From NCBI GenBank assembly GCA_964016885.1, contig OZ024743.1, positions 203,918,001 to 203,982,000 on the forward strand: a stretch of DNA of 64,000 nucleotides. The letters are read 5' to 3'. Positions 1-14,000 of this stretch are shown here, in pieces. A program made the position numbers and the translations under genes. Within the stretch, counting starts at the first letter, position 1, and every line of letters starts with the position of its first letter. This DNA is from Eledone cirrhosa (lineage: Eukaryota). The notes under the pieces are model-generated. The model ran no database searches. It was not told the origin of the DNA and saw nothing but the letters and a program-made list of their open reading frames with translations.

Positions 1-2614
1 GGTCTTCGCTTGACCCAGGACTGCAGCTCCGTCAAGGAGACGAGCTGGGGAAAAACGTGTCTAGCAAACGGCGACCACACCTGATCACCGTCGAGGAACA
101 GGTGGAGATGTCGTAGCCTGAGCGCGTGTCTGCGCATCTTCAGCGACGGCATGCCCAGCCCTCCACGTAGCGGGTGTTGACAGCAGATGGACCGCCTGAC
201 CATCGGAGCGCGTCCCTTCCACAAGAAGCGAAACAGCAAACGCTCCAGCGCAGTCAGGCGGGGCTTAGGACAAGGTACGACGGTCAGGCGGTAGTAGATG
301 ACAGACGCGATGTACGCGTTAGCCACCTCCGCTCGACCTTTCAGGGATAGCTTCCTCTCGGCCCATTTCTGGGTGAGAGAAGCCACCCTGCTCGTCACCT
401 CGTCCCAGTTTTTGTCCGTCTGGAGGTCTGGACCGAACCAGACCCCTAGCAATTTAACCGGTCCGTCCGTCCAGCGCCCGACGACGCTGCTGGACGGCAT
501 GGACCTGCCTCTCCAGGTGCCGAGCTGCAGGCCCACTGACTTTTCCTGGTTGATCATTGCTCCTGTCACCGCTTCGTATTCTCTTAGTGTAGTGCCGATC
601 GCCTCGATGTGTTTTGCGTTCGACACCACTACGGTGACATCGTCGGCATATGCTGACACAGATCTTCCGCATCCTAGTTCGCGCGGGACCCCCCTCAACG
701 TCTCCAGTTTGTGCAGTAATGGCTCGAGAGTCAATACGTACAATAGGGACGAGAGGGGACATCCTTGGCGGACCGAGCGCATGATGTTGAACGGTTCCGA
801 AAGGTGACCGTTCACTCTCACTTCAGAGCAGATGTCGCTGTGCATGGCAGCGATCCAGCCTCTGAAGACGGGCCCAAAGCCAGCCGCCCTCAGGACTGCC
901 GCTAGGTAACGATGGTCGACCCTATCGAAGGCTTTCGATTGATCTAAATTGATCAAAGACCCACCCTTGCCAGGTTCCCTAGCTACCCTCTCTACGATGT
1001 ATCGCATGAGGTGGAGGTTGTCGTGGATGGATCTGTCGGGAATGGCGCATGTCTGTGCCTCTCCCACCAGACCACCAACGACAAGCGCCAACCTCTTTGC
1101 TAGCACCTTGGCCAAAATCTTGAACTCTGTGTTTAGCAGAATTATGGGCCTAAAATTATCTATGTTATCCCCCTTGTTCGGATCCTTTCTCAGCAGCGCC
1201 ACCGCTCCTCGGCTCACAGAGCTGGGAACTCTCCCGTTCTGTTGCCAGTTGCAGTAGACGTCCGCCAAAAGGCCTCCGAACAAGTTTGGCATTTGTACGT
1301 AAAGTTCATAGGGCAGACCATCCAAACCAGGCGATTTACCCCTTGTGCAACTAGTCATTGCATCCCGTACTTCAGCGGTTGTTATCGGCTTTTCGCAACA
1401 CTCCGCCTCAGTGGCCGAAAGCCGCGGCAGTCCGTCGAGGTAGACACTAAAGTCCATCCCTCGATCCGGCCAGCCACTGCCCCCGAACAGTTGAGCGAAG
1501 TGTCGCTGAAAAGCTTCACACATTTGCCCGGGTTCGAGTAGCATGCGCCCGTCGTGGTCCACCAAAGACCGGATCGTGGCTTTGTTGCCACGACGCGCCT
1601 CCGCCACTCGCGCCCATTGAACGGCTTTCGTCCTCTCGTGTCTGAGAGCACGCACCCTTGCTCTGACAATGCAGCCTTCGTGCTTTACATTGAAGAATTG
1701 GTCAAGGGCCAATTTCGCCGCAAGCACGTCGGTCGCAATGCCTTTGCTAAGCGCCTCGTCTAATTTTCTAACTAGTTCTCCCTCTGCTCTATTTTTCTCT
1801 ATTGCTAAAGCCTTACTAAACCTAATGGATTCTATTCTAATCGCTCTTTTCAGAGCAAACCACCACTTGTTGTTGACGATGGCCCCCGTCAACGCCCGCT
1901 TAACTAGTTCGCTAATCCGGTCTCTGTAGGCCTTGCGCCCGTGTAGCTGACTATCTTGAATTGTGGACAGCCTATGCTAGACCTATCTATTTCCCTACAA
2001 AATACTCTATCTAGATATGATCTGGATGACCCTATGCGATTTGTCCAAGTCCACATTGGCACATTCGGGAAATCCAATCGGTACCTGTCAGACAGTTCAA
2101 AACGCCTGAGCAGGTTGGTGAGGCTCTTGCACCCTCCACTCCTATCCGCTAATCCCACACAGTCCCAGCGTGCATCTAAGATCCCGTTCCAGTCGCCCAC
2201 TAACACTAAAGAGCGGGACGTTCCAAGAAAGGTCTCCAGACGCCGGAAGAAATCAGGCCGCCCTGCTCCTGTCGGGGCATAGACGGCCACTAGCCTGAAA
2301 GCTTTCCCGTCTCCGCTGGTCACGTCCAGCACCACCAGCTTACCATCTGGGTCCAGGAAGATGGCCCGTATGGCGAGATCCAAACCTCTCCGAAAAAGCA
2401 CAGCAACTCCTCCCCCCGATCCAGGACGGCTGGGAGATGCGTACACATCGTAGCCGCCAAAGATCGGTGCGATGGCCCGTGCTTCGGAGATTCTGGTCTC
2501 GCTGATGGCCACTACATCTATGTTTAGTGACTTGAGGTCGTTGAGCAGGTGGCCCTGCTTCCATGATGACCCCAAGCCACGCGCATTTATGCTGCCTATT
2601 CTGAGTGAGGTCAT
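1..2614 (-). pseudogene. Tx1 ORF2 (APE endonuclease + reverse transcriptase), broken by deletion and frameshifts
   Basis: ORF 1904..2614 is the APE domain. RT motifs are recognisable by alignment with ORF 11943..13145. Confidence 0.9.
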
Positions 2615-2691
2615 GTTTAAAATAGAGTGGAAAAGATGGGAAAGACCACTTACCGTACTTTTCGTAGAGGAGGGATGGTTTTTACATCCCT

Positions 2692-4742
2692 TTACACTTG
2701 ATCGTCTGGTGAAGGGACCGTTGAATCGTCCCTTCGGCTGGTCGTCGGCTCTTCTAAGAGAATGTCTGAATATACTCTTCGATTGATAGTTCCTCCTAGG
2801 TCCCTGAAATCACCAACTGCGTTGTGGAATTTCGTTTTAATGTTTGTGTACTGTTTCTGTGCTATTTTTAGCAGTCTTATGTTAGTTGGCGTTTTGATTG
2901 GTGCTGGTATTATGTAGTCGTGTTGTGAAATGTCTGTGTGTTCAATTATGTAAGTCATTAGTTTCTTGTTGTGTGTATTTATTGCCGTGCATTTGATTTT
3001 CTGGGGGGGGGGTCTGCTATTTTCTTGTCGTTGTTGCTGGGTGTGTGTGTTTTGTTGTTGTGTTTGCGATGTTGGTGCTTGTGGTGGTGGTGTTGAAGGT
3101 GTTGTTGGCGGTGGGGTTGTCGCCGGTGGTGATGGTGGTGCTAGTGTGGGTGGTGATGGTGTTGGTGGTGTTGCTGCTGTGGGTCTCTTTGCAGTAGACT
3201 TTACCCTTTTCTCATTTCTTTCCTCCCTTTTCAAAGGCGACGATGCGCTGCTTCTGCGTTTGTGCGTTCTTACGACCTTTTGCCATCCCTCTCCCACCTC
3301 ACACTCCATGTCTGATTCTGTGAGGTCGGGGAGGGGTACCAGCTCCACTCTTTCACTTGTTGTCGTTGGTGATGTTTGCAGTGGAGTCTCTGTTGCAGCT
3401 GCATTTGGTATTGCTGTTGTTGTTGTTAATATTTCCACTGCTGCTGTTTTTGATTTCCGTGGCGTGGGTATGGGTGCCACGGACTTATCGTTCCTGGTTG
3501 CCGCTTGTCCTGTTGCTGGTAGCCGTGGAGCCGGTTTCGGAAGGAGGGGGGTTTTCTCCTTTCTCAGGGTCTTCTCGTTGCAGAAGGCCCTGAGGTGAGT
3601 CTTCGATCCACAGCGAAAGCATTTCGGGCGTTTTCCCTCAACACTTATGGGCAGTTGAGTGCCGTTATCGAAGTCTATCACATCCGGGATAGCTTCGATG
3701 CACTCCTGGTTGGTTTGGATTAGCATCTCAATGGAGGTGCCGACCCAATCTTCTCTTACTTTTTTCTGTACTTGCAGTACAGTTGTTTTGTCCTCGATTC
3801 CGACGAGGACAGACGCGGCCAGCCAGAAGGGGCCTTCCCGGGGGGGACGTGGGTCAGTTTGACCCTCACAATTTTTTGCCCGCAGTAGGAGGGCACCAAC
3901 ACCATTTCCTCGCTCCTTAGGGTCACTACGGATTGGGCCTTTGCCTCCTGGGGTGTGGCAAAAAGTACGTCTACGGTGGCATATTTTTTGCCTCGGGTGA
4001 TGTGCGTTTTCCGCTGCCACACAGACCCCAAGGCTTTTTGTATTTGAGCCTCTGTGGCTCTTTCCAGCCTACGGGATTTTGTACTTACTGTACGGTACGT
4101 GACCGTACAGTGCTGTTGGGTTTCGAAAAAATTTTCCGCTGCCTTGCAGATTGCTCGGTGTCCAGTTTTTGTCACTATCTTCTTCGCTTCCTCTAATTCC
4201 TCATTTGTTATGAGGATTGTTTCCAAGTTTTTCGCAATACCTGCAAACGGGATTGCTTTTTCTTTGCTGCTGTTGTTGTTGTTGTCGTCAGAGCTGCTGT
4301 TACTTTTGTTGTTGCTGCAGGTACTACGACTACTGCCTCCGCCGCTGTTGCTGTGGTTGTTGTTGGTGTTGCTGCTGCTAATGCTGTTGCTGTTTATGCT
4401 GCTGTTGATGCTGTTGCGGCTGCTACTGTTGTTTTCATTGTCACTGTTGCTGTTGTTATTACGGCTGCTACTGCTATTATTCCTGACGTCAGACGAATGA
4501 ACTGGGTTTTCGTATTTCCCGCGCACCTGTTTCGTCGCTGTCGTCGTCGTCGTGGAGAAACCTTGCACGCTTTGCACGAGACTTTTCTTTTCTTTCGTCG
4601 CTTGCGAAAGAGAAGGGAGGGAGAGAGACACATTTAAAGAAGGGAGGGAGAGAGACAATCTTCTCTCTGCTGTAGTGATGATTGAGGAAGAAGAAGACGG
4701 AATGAGTGGGAGTGACCTATGAAATTTCTTTTTCGTAGCCAT
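2692..4742 (-). pseudogene. Tx1 ORF1 (gag-like, zinc knuckle), frameshifted near 3840
   Basis: ORFs 3756..4784 and 2692..4020 overlap in different frames. Poly-Ser/Asn N-terminus, CCHC motif and Pro/Thr-rich tail. Homologous to ORFs 14585..15852. Confidence 0.85.
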
Positions 4743-4985
4743 GTTGTTTTTGTTTTTTTTGTTTAAAATAAATATTGGGTACAAAACCCCAATAAGCAGT
4801 TATTTAACCCCGAAGGGCCAAATAACGGGCAGAAAGACCCCTCTCACGAGGAGGAGGGTGTTTTTGTCTACAAGTTCGTTAAAGTTTTAAACAATTTACA
4901 CTTGTTATAGTGTTCAAAATTTACAATACCTTACAGAGCCGAGCCTCCGTCAACCATAGCATTCAATAATAATAATAATAATAAT

Positions 4986-6014
4986 ATCAACAAGTGACAT
5001 AGACATGCTGATAGAAATAATCTGTGTTCAGATGGAGAAAAACAACCTACACAAATACGTGACTGATAGTAAGAAGCCAACGCTCAGAATTGTACTGAAG
5101 GAGAGGACAATAGACCAGGGGATGTCCAAGGAGGAAATAACAACAAGGAGAAAGCGCAGCCTTCATGAAAAATCCCTTCATAGTACATTCTTTGAGAAAA
5201 CTGAATTCAGAGATCCACAGACATGGAACTGGTTGAAAAGAGGAGACCTTAAAAAGGCTACAGAAGGAATGCTAATGGCTGCGCAAGAGCAGGCCCTCAA
5301 AACGAAGTGGTTGAAACACCATATTTACAAGGAGGAGGCTAGCCCACTGTGCAGGATCTGTGGAGAGAGAGAGGAGACTGTGGCTCACATTTTATCCGAG
5401 TGTAAACACCTAGCCCAGACTCACTATAAGGGCTGGAGACATTATGTGATGGGCAGGGTGATCCACTGGCACCTATGCAAAGTAAACAATTTACCACATT
5501 CTGAGAAGTGGTATGAGCATAAGCCAGAGTCGGTGATAGAAAACGATCAGGTGAAGGTGCTGTGGGATTTTAGGATACAGACGGACAAGAAACTGGAACA
5601 CAATAGACCTGACCTGGTGGTTTTGGACAAGGAAAAAAGATCGTGCCTGATTGTGGATGTGGCCTGCCCATTCGACACGAGAGTGCAAGAGAAGGAGAGG
5701 GAGAAAATTAACCGATACCAGGACTTAAAGTGGGAGGTAAAAAGGATTTGGAACTGCCATGAAGTCAAAGTCGTCCCGATTGTCATAGGCGCACTAGGTA
5801 CTATCTCAAAAAGTTTCCAGGGATGGTTAAAGAAAATTGGCCCCGCCACGCTTTTTGGAACGCTTCAAAAGGAATGCTTGCTGGGAACAGCAAGAACCCT
5901 CCGATACGTCCTGAATATCTGAGGCTGCAGGTAGTGGCTTGATATTCATTTCAACAAACTTTCCAGTTAACTAACATCAATGACTGAGACTCAAAGAACA
6001 ATAATAATAATAAT
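4986..6014 (+). mobile_element. 5'-truncated R4/Dong-like RLE retrotransposon (3' fragment) with (AAT)n tail
   Basis: ORF 5005..5922 has CCHC (CRICGEREETVAHILSEC), RH motif, PD..D RLE core (RPDLVVLD..LIVDVACP), KINRYQDL and VPIVIGALG. Flanked by (AAT)n on both sides. Confidence 0.92.
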
Positions 6015-6061
6015 TGTTTCTACTTTAGACACAAGGTCAGCAATTACCCAGTACATTTCTG

Positions 6062-6084
6062 AATAATAATAATAATAATAATAA

Positions 6085-6115
<31 letters not shown>

Positions 6116-6147
6116 AAGAAGAAGAAGAAGAAGAAGAAGGGAAGAAG
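6062..6147. repeat. (AAT)n-(AAG)n compound microsatellite
   Basis: Directly visible. Confidence 0.95.
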
Positions 6148-7116
6148 ACGCACGAGGTGGTAGAAGGTCATGAAATCGCTCCCGTAAATTTTTGATTTTT
6201 AACATATTTAAATCAATTGTGAAATAACAATTCTTAGTACAAATGTTGCATAAACCAGCGAATCAGGTCCCATAAAGTTTCGGATCCATATTATATTGTT
6301 GTATCGCTCAAATATTCAATTTTGTATTATATATTTTGTATTCATAAAAAGAAAATGGTTATAAATGGGAAAAAAACACCCTCTGTCTACACTATATAGA
6401 ACAGCCAAATACCAGCAATTTCACCAACACCAGAAACTTGATACACCACCTATCCCATCACACTAAATATAACAGCCAGATGACGGCAATTTCGCCAGCA
6501 TCATAATAATAATTACTATTATTATTGTCTCAAATTTTAAAAAAATGTTTAATTCCAATTTTACGGGAATATGTCAACACAAAATATAATAAAAATATAT
6601 ATTAAACATACGAACACAAACTCATAGATACTAAATATCAGTAACCACAACGCCACCACTGCCACCACCCCACCCCATCCATCATTGCTACCACTATCCC
6701 ATCGTCACCGCCACCACTCCTTCAATGCTACCACCACTATTCCCCTGTTAACTTGAGAGAGAAAGGGGAAGGTGGCGGTATCACTAGACAAGCGAGAGGC
6801 TAGCAAAAGATATAAATAGATTGACTTAGTGACCTGGCCACCGGTCAAACGTCAACATCAACAACTATGGGACTGCTGGCTCACCCCTTCCTCACCAACA
6901 ATATAAAAAGCCCCGGCACCACCACCGACATAGCCAACAACAATAACAGCCAACTACAACAAAAAGTATATTATATAAATGTAATGCACTGGGTGATTGC
7001 TGGCCTTGTGCCTGGAGTGGAGGCAATTATTAATAATTTCATTCTTAAGCCACGCAATGCTCACATTAAGGAACCACTCATGATAATAACAATTTAAAAA
7101 AACAACAAAAAGAAAA

Positions 7117-10100
7117 CCCCGTGACCAAGAAATACCGGAATGGCGACCGGCGGGGAATAGCCGTGTCTCTAGGGGAGAACGACCCCTCCAGTCTTGGTTG
7201 ACACTCGTTCTAGAAGTGGTAACACGAAATGATTACCCCTTGGCGGATAAGGATAAAACGCGACAAAATAATGTAAATGTCTAATGATAAAATCTCATAC
7301 CGGATCGGCCGTCACCCGGGTAAAAAAGGGCCGCGTCCCTCAGAGAGGAACCAGACTGGGGTCGAAAAATCAGCTAATGGTTCAAACCTTCCCATCACTT
7401 CGGAGCTGGAGACCTCCCATAACCGGAATACTCCTACTGTTGGCCCTCCATGCTCACCACCAAGAAATCCAAAGAAAAAGAGAGAAAAATGGTCAAGCGA
7501 AGATAATAAAGAAGTCCTTGAGGCTTTCTACACTGCCATGTACTACCCATCAAATACATCGAATACAGAACAGACATATATCAACTGGAAAAAGAAACAT
7601 CCCGAAAACAGAGGCTATATTGACAGTAACAAACTAGCCAATATACGAAGAAATATTGTAAGAAAAAAGTTACTAACTGATATAGAAATTGATCAGATCA
7701 AGCTATTAGCACAAAGTCAGCGAAGGGAAAATGAAACATGTGTCAGTGAAAACGAGGTAAACTGTAACACTTCGAACCCCAGGGTTGGGGCGGAATCACT
7801 GGCAACAGAACAAATTAAAGAAAGGATCGAAAAAGTGGAGGGAGTGCATGCTCAGGATGAAACTCCAAATGAAAATAATGAGATCGTAAATGATAAAGAA
7901 ATGAATGAGAATGAACTTGCCAACTTGAAGGATGAAATTATGATCGAATGGATGAAAATGAAAGAATCTGACATGGGGAAATGAGACACCCTCCCTAAGA
8001 TCCAGAACTCCAAACAGAACCAAAAGATAATACACAAGACTAACATAATTCTCAAAAACATTATCATCACAAACAAACTAAACATTACTGATTTAAATCA
8101 TCTCTATTATGCATCGGCTAAAGTCACCACTCACTTATGTGGAGTGAAGATGAAAAAACAAAGGAATTCCCACAAGAAATCTACTTGGCAAGAGAACATC
8201 AATCGCCAAATAAACCTTCTCCGATCTGACATAGAAATTTTAACAAACTATAAAGTAGGTGAACATGTTAAACAAACTAAACTTAGAAAATTGAAAAAAA
8301 AGTACAGTATAAAATCAACATGTGACATAGACATGCTGATAGAAATAATCAAGCAAAAAGTGTCGGCCAAAGCTGCTCGTATAAGGCGCTTTGAAAAACG
8401 ATCTAGATTCTATAAGGACAATAATATGTTCAAAAATAACCAAAGAAACTTCTACAGAAAAATTGGTAAGTCAACAATAACTGCTAAATCAATACCATCC
8501 AAGGAGGAAGTGCAAGAATTCTGGGAAAAGATCTGGGTCGAAGAAAAAGCTCATAACATACATGCCCCATGGATAGACAGACAAATGAAAGATACAGCTC
8601 ACCTTGAGGAACAAACATGGGAAAATATAACAGTTGAACAGTTGCGCTTGGCTCTAAGAAAAACCAGCAAATGGAAATCCCCAGGAAAAGACAAAATACA
8701 AAACTTTTGGATAAATGCCTTCACAGAGTCTCATGAGCTGTTAGCCCAACTTTACAATGAAATAGTTAAGGAGCCAGAAAAGATACCATCATGGCTAGTT
8801 AACGGCATTACATTCCTGCTTCCGAAGAATGATGAGACAAACAATCCCCAAAATTACAGACCGATAACTTGCTTGACCACAATGTATAAAATTTTAACAT
8901 CAGTCCTAACTGAATACACATATGACCACCTGATAACAAATGACCTATTTCCCATTGAGCAGAAAGGGTGTAAACGAGGCTCATATGGCTGTAAGGATCA
9001 GCTTCTGGTTAACAAAATGATACTGGAAGATTGTCATAATAGACACAAAAATCTATCGATTGCTTGGATAGATTATAAAAAAGCATTCGATGGTTTGCCA
9101 CACAGTTGGATTGAAAAATGTTTAGAGATTTTCAAAATATCCCCCGTTGTCAGGAGGTTTTTGTCATTCAGTATGAAGACATGGAAAACGACACTCCTTT
9201 TGAATAGTGAAACAAATCACCGGAAGCTGGAGAAGATAATATTAATTGTGGAATTTTTCAGGGTGACTCTTTATCACCGCTTTTATTCTGCATCGCACTT
9301 ATACCATTAAGTAAAATGCTCAATGAAACAAAACATGGATATAAAGTCTATGACAAAACCATTAATCACCTGTTCTACATGGATGACCTGAAACTATTTG
9401 CAAAAAATGATGAACAATTGCAAGGGCTATTATCCACTGTGAAGCAGTTCAGTGATGACATTAAAATGGAGTTTGGACTAGATAAATGCGCCAAAGCGTT
9501 CACCAGAGGAAAGCTGCTGAAGAGTTCAGACATTAATCTTGATCGGGGGAACGTGATAAGAGAACTTGATCAAGAAAAAACTTACAAATATCTAGGTGTT
9601 TGTGAAGGAGACGGAATCAAGCACTCGACAATGAGGGAAAGGATAAGGAAGGAATGTTACCGCAGAGTAAGAGCAATCTTAAGAACGGAATTGAATGCAA
9701 GGAATAGGATCGATGCCATAAACACGCTTGCCATACCAGTAGTAACCTACAGTTACAATGTCATCAACTGGTCAAGCACAGAGATCCGTAGGCTCGATAC
9801 AAAAATTCGAAAATTCTTAACCATGCACAGAATGCATCACCCTAAGGCAGATATAGATAGAATATATCTCCCTAGGAAAGAAGGAGGACGTGGGTTAATC
9901 CAGTTAGACATTGCGTTGAAAACTGCAACAATTGGATTATCTACATATCTAAGGGAATCACATGATTGGATGATCAAACTCGTTTTGAAACACGAAAGCA
10001 TCAAAAGATCATATTCCATTACAAAAGATGCACAAAGATACAGTAATGGACTACAAATTTCAGAAGTCCCATTTACTGCTGAAATGGAAAACACAGAAAA

Positions 10101-11051
10101 AGCAAAGCAGGTAAAAGTAACTGCAAAGAAAGAACTGCTACAGAAACTGGCTAAGAAATGGCAAGAAAAGCCTCTGTATGGAAAATACCCAGAGCGAGCT
10201 AACAATCCTGATGTTGACAAAACTTTAACCCATCAGTGGTTGGCATCCTCTGGACTGAAATCGGAGACTGAAGGACAAGATCAGTGTCTGCCAACAAAAA
10301 ATTACCAAGCCAACATAATAAAAAATGGGTGCAGCCCATTATGCCGTGTATGCAAAAAACAACCAGAGACCATTGACCATATAATTTCAATGTGCAGTCC
10401 TATAGCTCCAACCGAATACCTAAACAGGCATGACAGAGCTGCACAATACATACATTGGATAATGTGTAAGCATTTTGACCTGCCCCATCAAAAGAATTGG
10501 TGGGAGCATCAACCACCTCCCATACTTGAAAAAGATCACATCTCAATCTTGTGGAACTTTAGCATCCAGACAGACCGAAATATAGATGCAAATAGACCTG
10601 ATATAATATTGAAGGACTTTCAAAAGAGGGTATGCCTGCTAATTGATATGTCTGTTCCAATAGACAAGAATGTATCTATAAAAACATTTGAAAAATTGAG
10701 CAAGTATAAGGACCTGGAGATAGAAATTGGAAAAATGTGGAAATTGAGAACTAAAACAATACCAGTGGTTGTAGGCGCTCTGGGAATGATACCTAAGGGG
10801 TCTAATGACTACTTATCGCAAATCCCAGGAAACCCGCGTATAGGAGAAATACAAAAGATAGTACTAATGGGAACTGCCCATATACTAAGGAAGATTCTGT
10901 CAATATAAGTACATCACAAGTCTAAACACTAAAGATGCATGTGTGAATATGTATGTTCTTTCTTGAACATGGCGGACCTTGTTGTCTCTTGAGGTCACTG
11001 GTTGTGACTTGGTGATAACTCGTATGAACATAAAGCAAGATAAATGCAACT

Positions 11052-11086
<35 letters not shown>
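7117..11086 (+). mobile_element. Near full-length R4/Dong-like RLE non-LTR retrotransposon with (TAA)n tail
   Basis: Single long ORF 7277-10908, broken by TGA at 7982 and a frameshift near 9220. RT motifs KSPGKDK, NYRPITCL, EQKGC, IDYKKAFD, HLFYMDD. Zn knuckle CRVCKKQPETIDHIISMC. RLE core RPDIIL..LIDMSVP..KLSKYKDL. GC-rich structured 5' UTR. Ends in (TAA)11. The 5' boundary is approximate. Confidence 0.93.
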
Positions 11087-11087
<1 letters not shown>

Positions 11088-14000
11088 CTTTCTTTATTAA
11101 CCACAAGGGTTTACATAAAGTAGACATTAAGGATATTACAGGACAATACAGGACGGTTCAAATGGGCATTTCTGCGTGTAAAAAAAAACAGGTGATGTAA
11201 TAAAAAAATTAACAATAAAAAATTCCCCAATAGGGGGGAGACTTCCGAGGGACATTTGTGGAGAAAGCCCATTAAAAGGCGACAGTGACACTGACCACCA
11301 GGGCAGGTGCCCTCTCCCAGTTTTCCACCTTTAATTTACAGACACATACTCAGAATAGGCCCATTCACTCGGGCCATACTTGCTTCTCTCACCCATCTTT
11401 CAACAAAATGCTGGGAAGAGAGCACTTCCCCCTCTACCCTGATTTTCCTTTTCAAATGAAATTTGAAAAAGTTAATCAGGGCATCACAGAAGTGGTATGT
11501 GCACGTCTTCAGCCCTTTCAAACGTGTCCACCATACTATCTCTTTCGCCATGGCCACCAGACAGATAAAAACTTCCTGCCCTTCCCGGCTAAAGGAAGAG
11601 GGCGGGGTAATACTCACGATGGACTCAGCTGATAGCTGGATCCGTCCTACACGTGACAGCAGGTGTTCGACATAAACCCACAAGTCAGCAATGCTCGGAC
11701 ACTGGACGAGTGCGTGCAGGACCGTTTCGTCGCCCTGCGCGTACCTCGGACATTCCCGGCTGACGGCACCTCCATGCCTGTAGAGTTTAGCCCGAACTGG
11801 CAAAGGTCCTCGGTAGCAGTGCCAGGCCAGGGATTTCTGGAAGTTGTCCATAGGCCCCGGCCCGAAAGTCCTTCCGAAGAGATTTTCGTCGACGCCTAGA
11901 GTTTCTCCAAGTGCATCGTCGCTCTTCCCCTCCACTAATCCTCTATAGAACGCCAAGGTGGAGTGTCCACCGATCACATTGTCCGATTGGTCGAGGGCTG
12001 TGAGCGCCTGAAGACATTCCAGTCTCCAGCGCTCCCTCTCGGCATCGCTTGACCCAGGACTGCAGCTCTGTCAAGGAGACGAGCTGGGGAAAAACGTGTC
12101 TAGCAAACGGCGACCACACCTGATCACCGTCGAGGAAGAGGTGGAGATATCGTAGCCTGAGCGCGTGTCTGCGCATCATCATCCACGGCATGCCCAGCCC
12201 TCCACGTAGCGCGTGTTGACAGCAGATGGACCGCCTGACCATCGGAGCGCGTCCCTTCCATAAAAAGCGAAAGAGCAAACGCTCCAGCGCAGTCAGGCGG
12301 GGCTTAGGACAAGGTACGACGGTCAGGCGGTAGTAGATGACGGACGCGATGTACGCGTTAGCCACCTCCGCTCGACCTTTCAGGGATAGCTTCATCTCGT
12401 CCCATTTCTGGGTGAGAGAAGCCACCCTGCTCGTCACCTCGTCCCAGTTTTTGTCCGTATGGAGGTCCGGACCGAACCAGACCCCTAGAAATTTAACCGG
12501 TCCGTCCGTCCAGCGTCCGACGACGCTGTTGGACGGCATGGACCTGCCTCTCCAGGTGCCGAGCTGCAGGCCCACTGACTTTTCCTGGTTGATCATTGCT
12601 CCTGTCACCGCTTCGTATTCTCTTAGTGTAGTGCCGGTCGCCTCGATGTGTTTGGCGTTCGACACCACTACGGTGACATCGCCCGCATATGCTGACACGG
12701 ATATTCCGCATCCTAGTTCGCGCGGGACACCCCTCAACGTTTCCAGTTTGTGCAGTAATGGCTCGAGAGTCAATATGTACAAGAGGGACGAGAGGGGACA
12801 TCCTTGGCGGACCGAGCGCATGATGTTAAACGGTTCCGAAAGGTGACCGTTCACTCTCACCACAGAGCAGATGTCGCTGTGTATGGCAGCGATCCAGCCT
12901 CTGAAGACGGGCCCCAAGCCAGCCGCCCTCAGGACTGCCGCTAGGTAACGATGGTCGACCCTATCGAAAGCTTTCGACTGATCTAAATTGATCAAGGCCC
13001 CACCCGTGCCAGGTTCCCTAGCTACCCTCTCTACGATGTATCGCATGAGGTGGAGGTTGTCGTGAATGGATCTGTCGGGATTGGCGCACGTCTGCGCCTC
13101 TCCCACCAGACCACCAACGACAAGCGCCAACGTTTTTGCTAGCACCTTGGCAAAAATCTTGAACTCTGTGTTTAGCAGAATTATGGGCCTGAAATCATCT
13201 ATGCTATCCCCCTTGTTCGGATCCTTGCTCTCAGCAGCCCCACAGCTGCTCGGCTCACAGAGCTGGGAATTCTCCCGTTCTGTTGCCAGTTGCAGTAGAC
13301 GTCCGCCAAGAGGCCTCGGAACAAGTCTGGCATCTGTACGTAAAGTTCATAGGGCAGACCATCCAAACCAGGTGATTTACCCCTTGTGCAGCCAGTCATT
13401 GCCTCCCGTACTTCAGCGGCTGTTATCGGCTTTTCGCAACACTCTCCCTCAGTGGCCGAGAGCGGCGGCAGTCCATCGAGGTAGACACTAAAGTCCATCC
13501 CTCGACCCGGCCTGCCGCTGCCCCCCGAATAACTGTGCGAAGTGTCGCTGAAAAGCTTCACACATTTGCCCGGGATCGTGGATTTGTTGCTACGACGCGC
13601 CTCCTGCAGTCGGGCCCACAAACGGCTTTCATCCCCTCGTGTCTGAGAGCACGCAACCTAGCTCTGACAACGCAGCCTTCGTGCTTTGCATTGAAGAATT
13701 GGTCTAGAGCCAATTTCACCGCAAGTACGTCGGTCGCGATGCCTTTGCTAGTAGCCGGGTTCTCGTATATCAAGCCTATCTAAGTCAAGCACACAGATCA
13801 CGAATTTGTGGTCCGTGTAGCTGACTATCTTGAATTGTGGACAGCCTATGCTAGACCTATCTATTTCCCTACAAAATACTCTATCTATATATGATCTGGA
13901 ATACCCTATGCGATTTGTCCAAGTCCACATTGGCACATTCGGGAAATCCAATCGGTACCTGTCAGACAGTTCAAAACACCTGAGCAGGTTGGTGAGGCTC

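Larger units (their letters stand above)
1..4964 (-). mobile_element. Tx1/L1-clade non-LTR retrotransposon, copy 1 (5' end intact, 3' part runs off window, disrupted ORFs)
   Basis: ORF1 with CCHC knuckle (CFRCGSKTHLRAFC). ORF2 with APE endonuclease (SINARGL, ISETR, VYAP, GDWN, SYLDRVF) and RT (KSPGLDG, KAFDRV, VRQGCPLS, YADD). 5' end gaatgctatggttgacggaggctcggc abuts (AAT)n at 4965-4985. Confidence 0.95.

Noticed and set aside
7982-7984. Programmed readthrough of the TGA in the Dong ORF
   Set aside because: More simply a CGA/AGA-to-TGA mutation in a copy that also has a frameshift and a small deletion.
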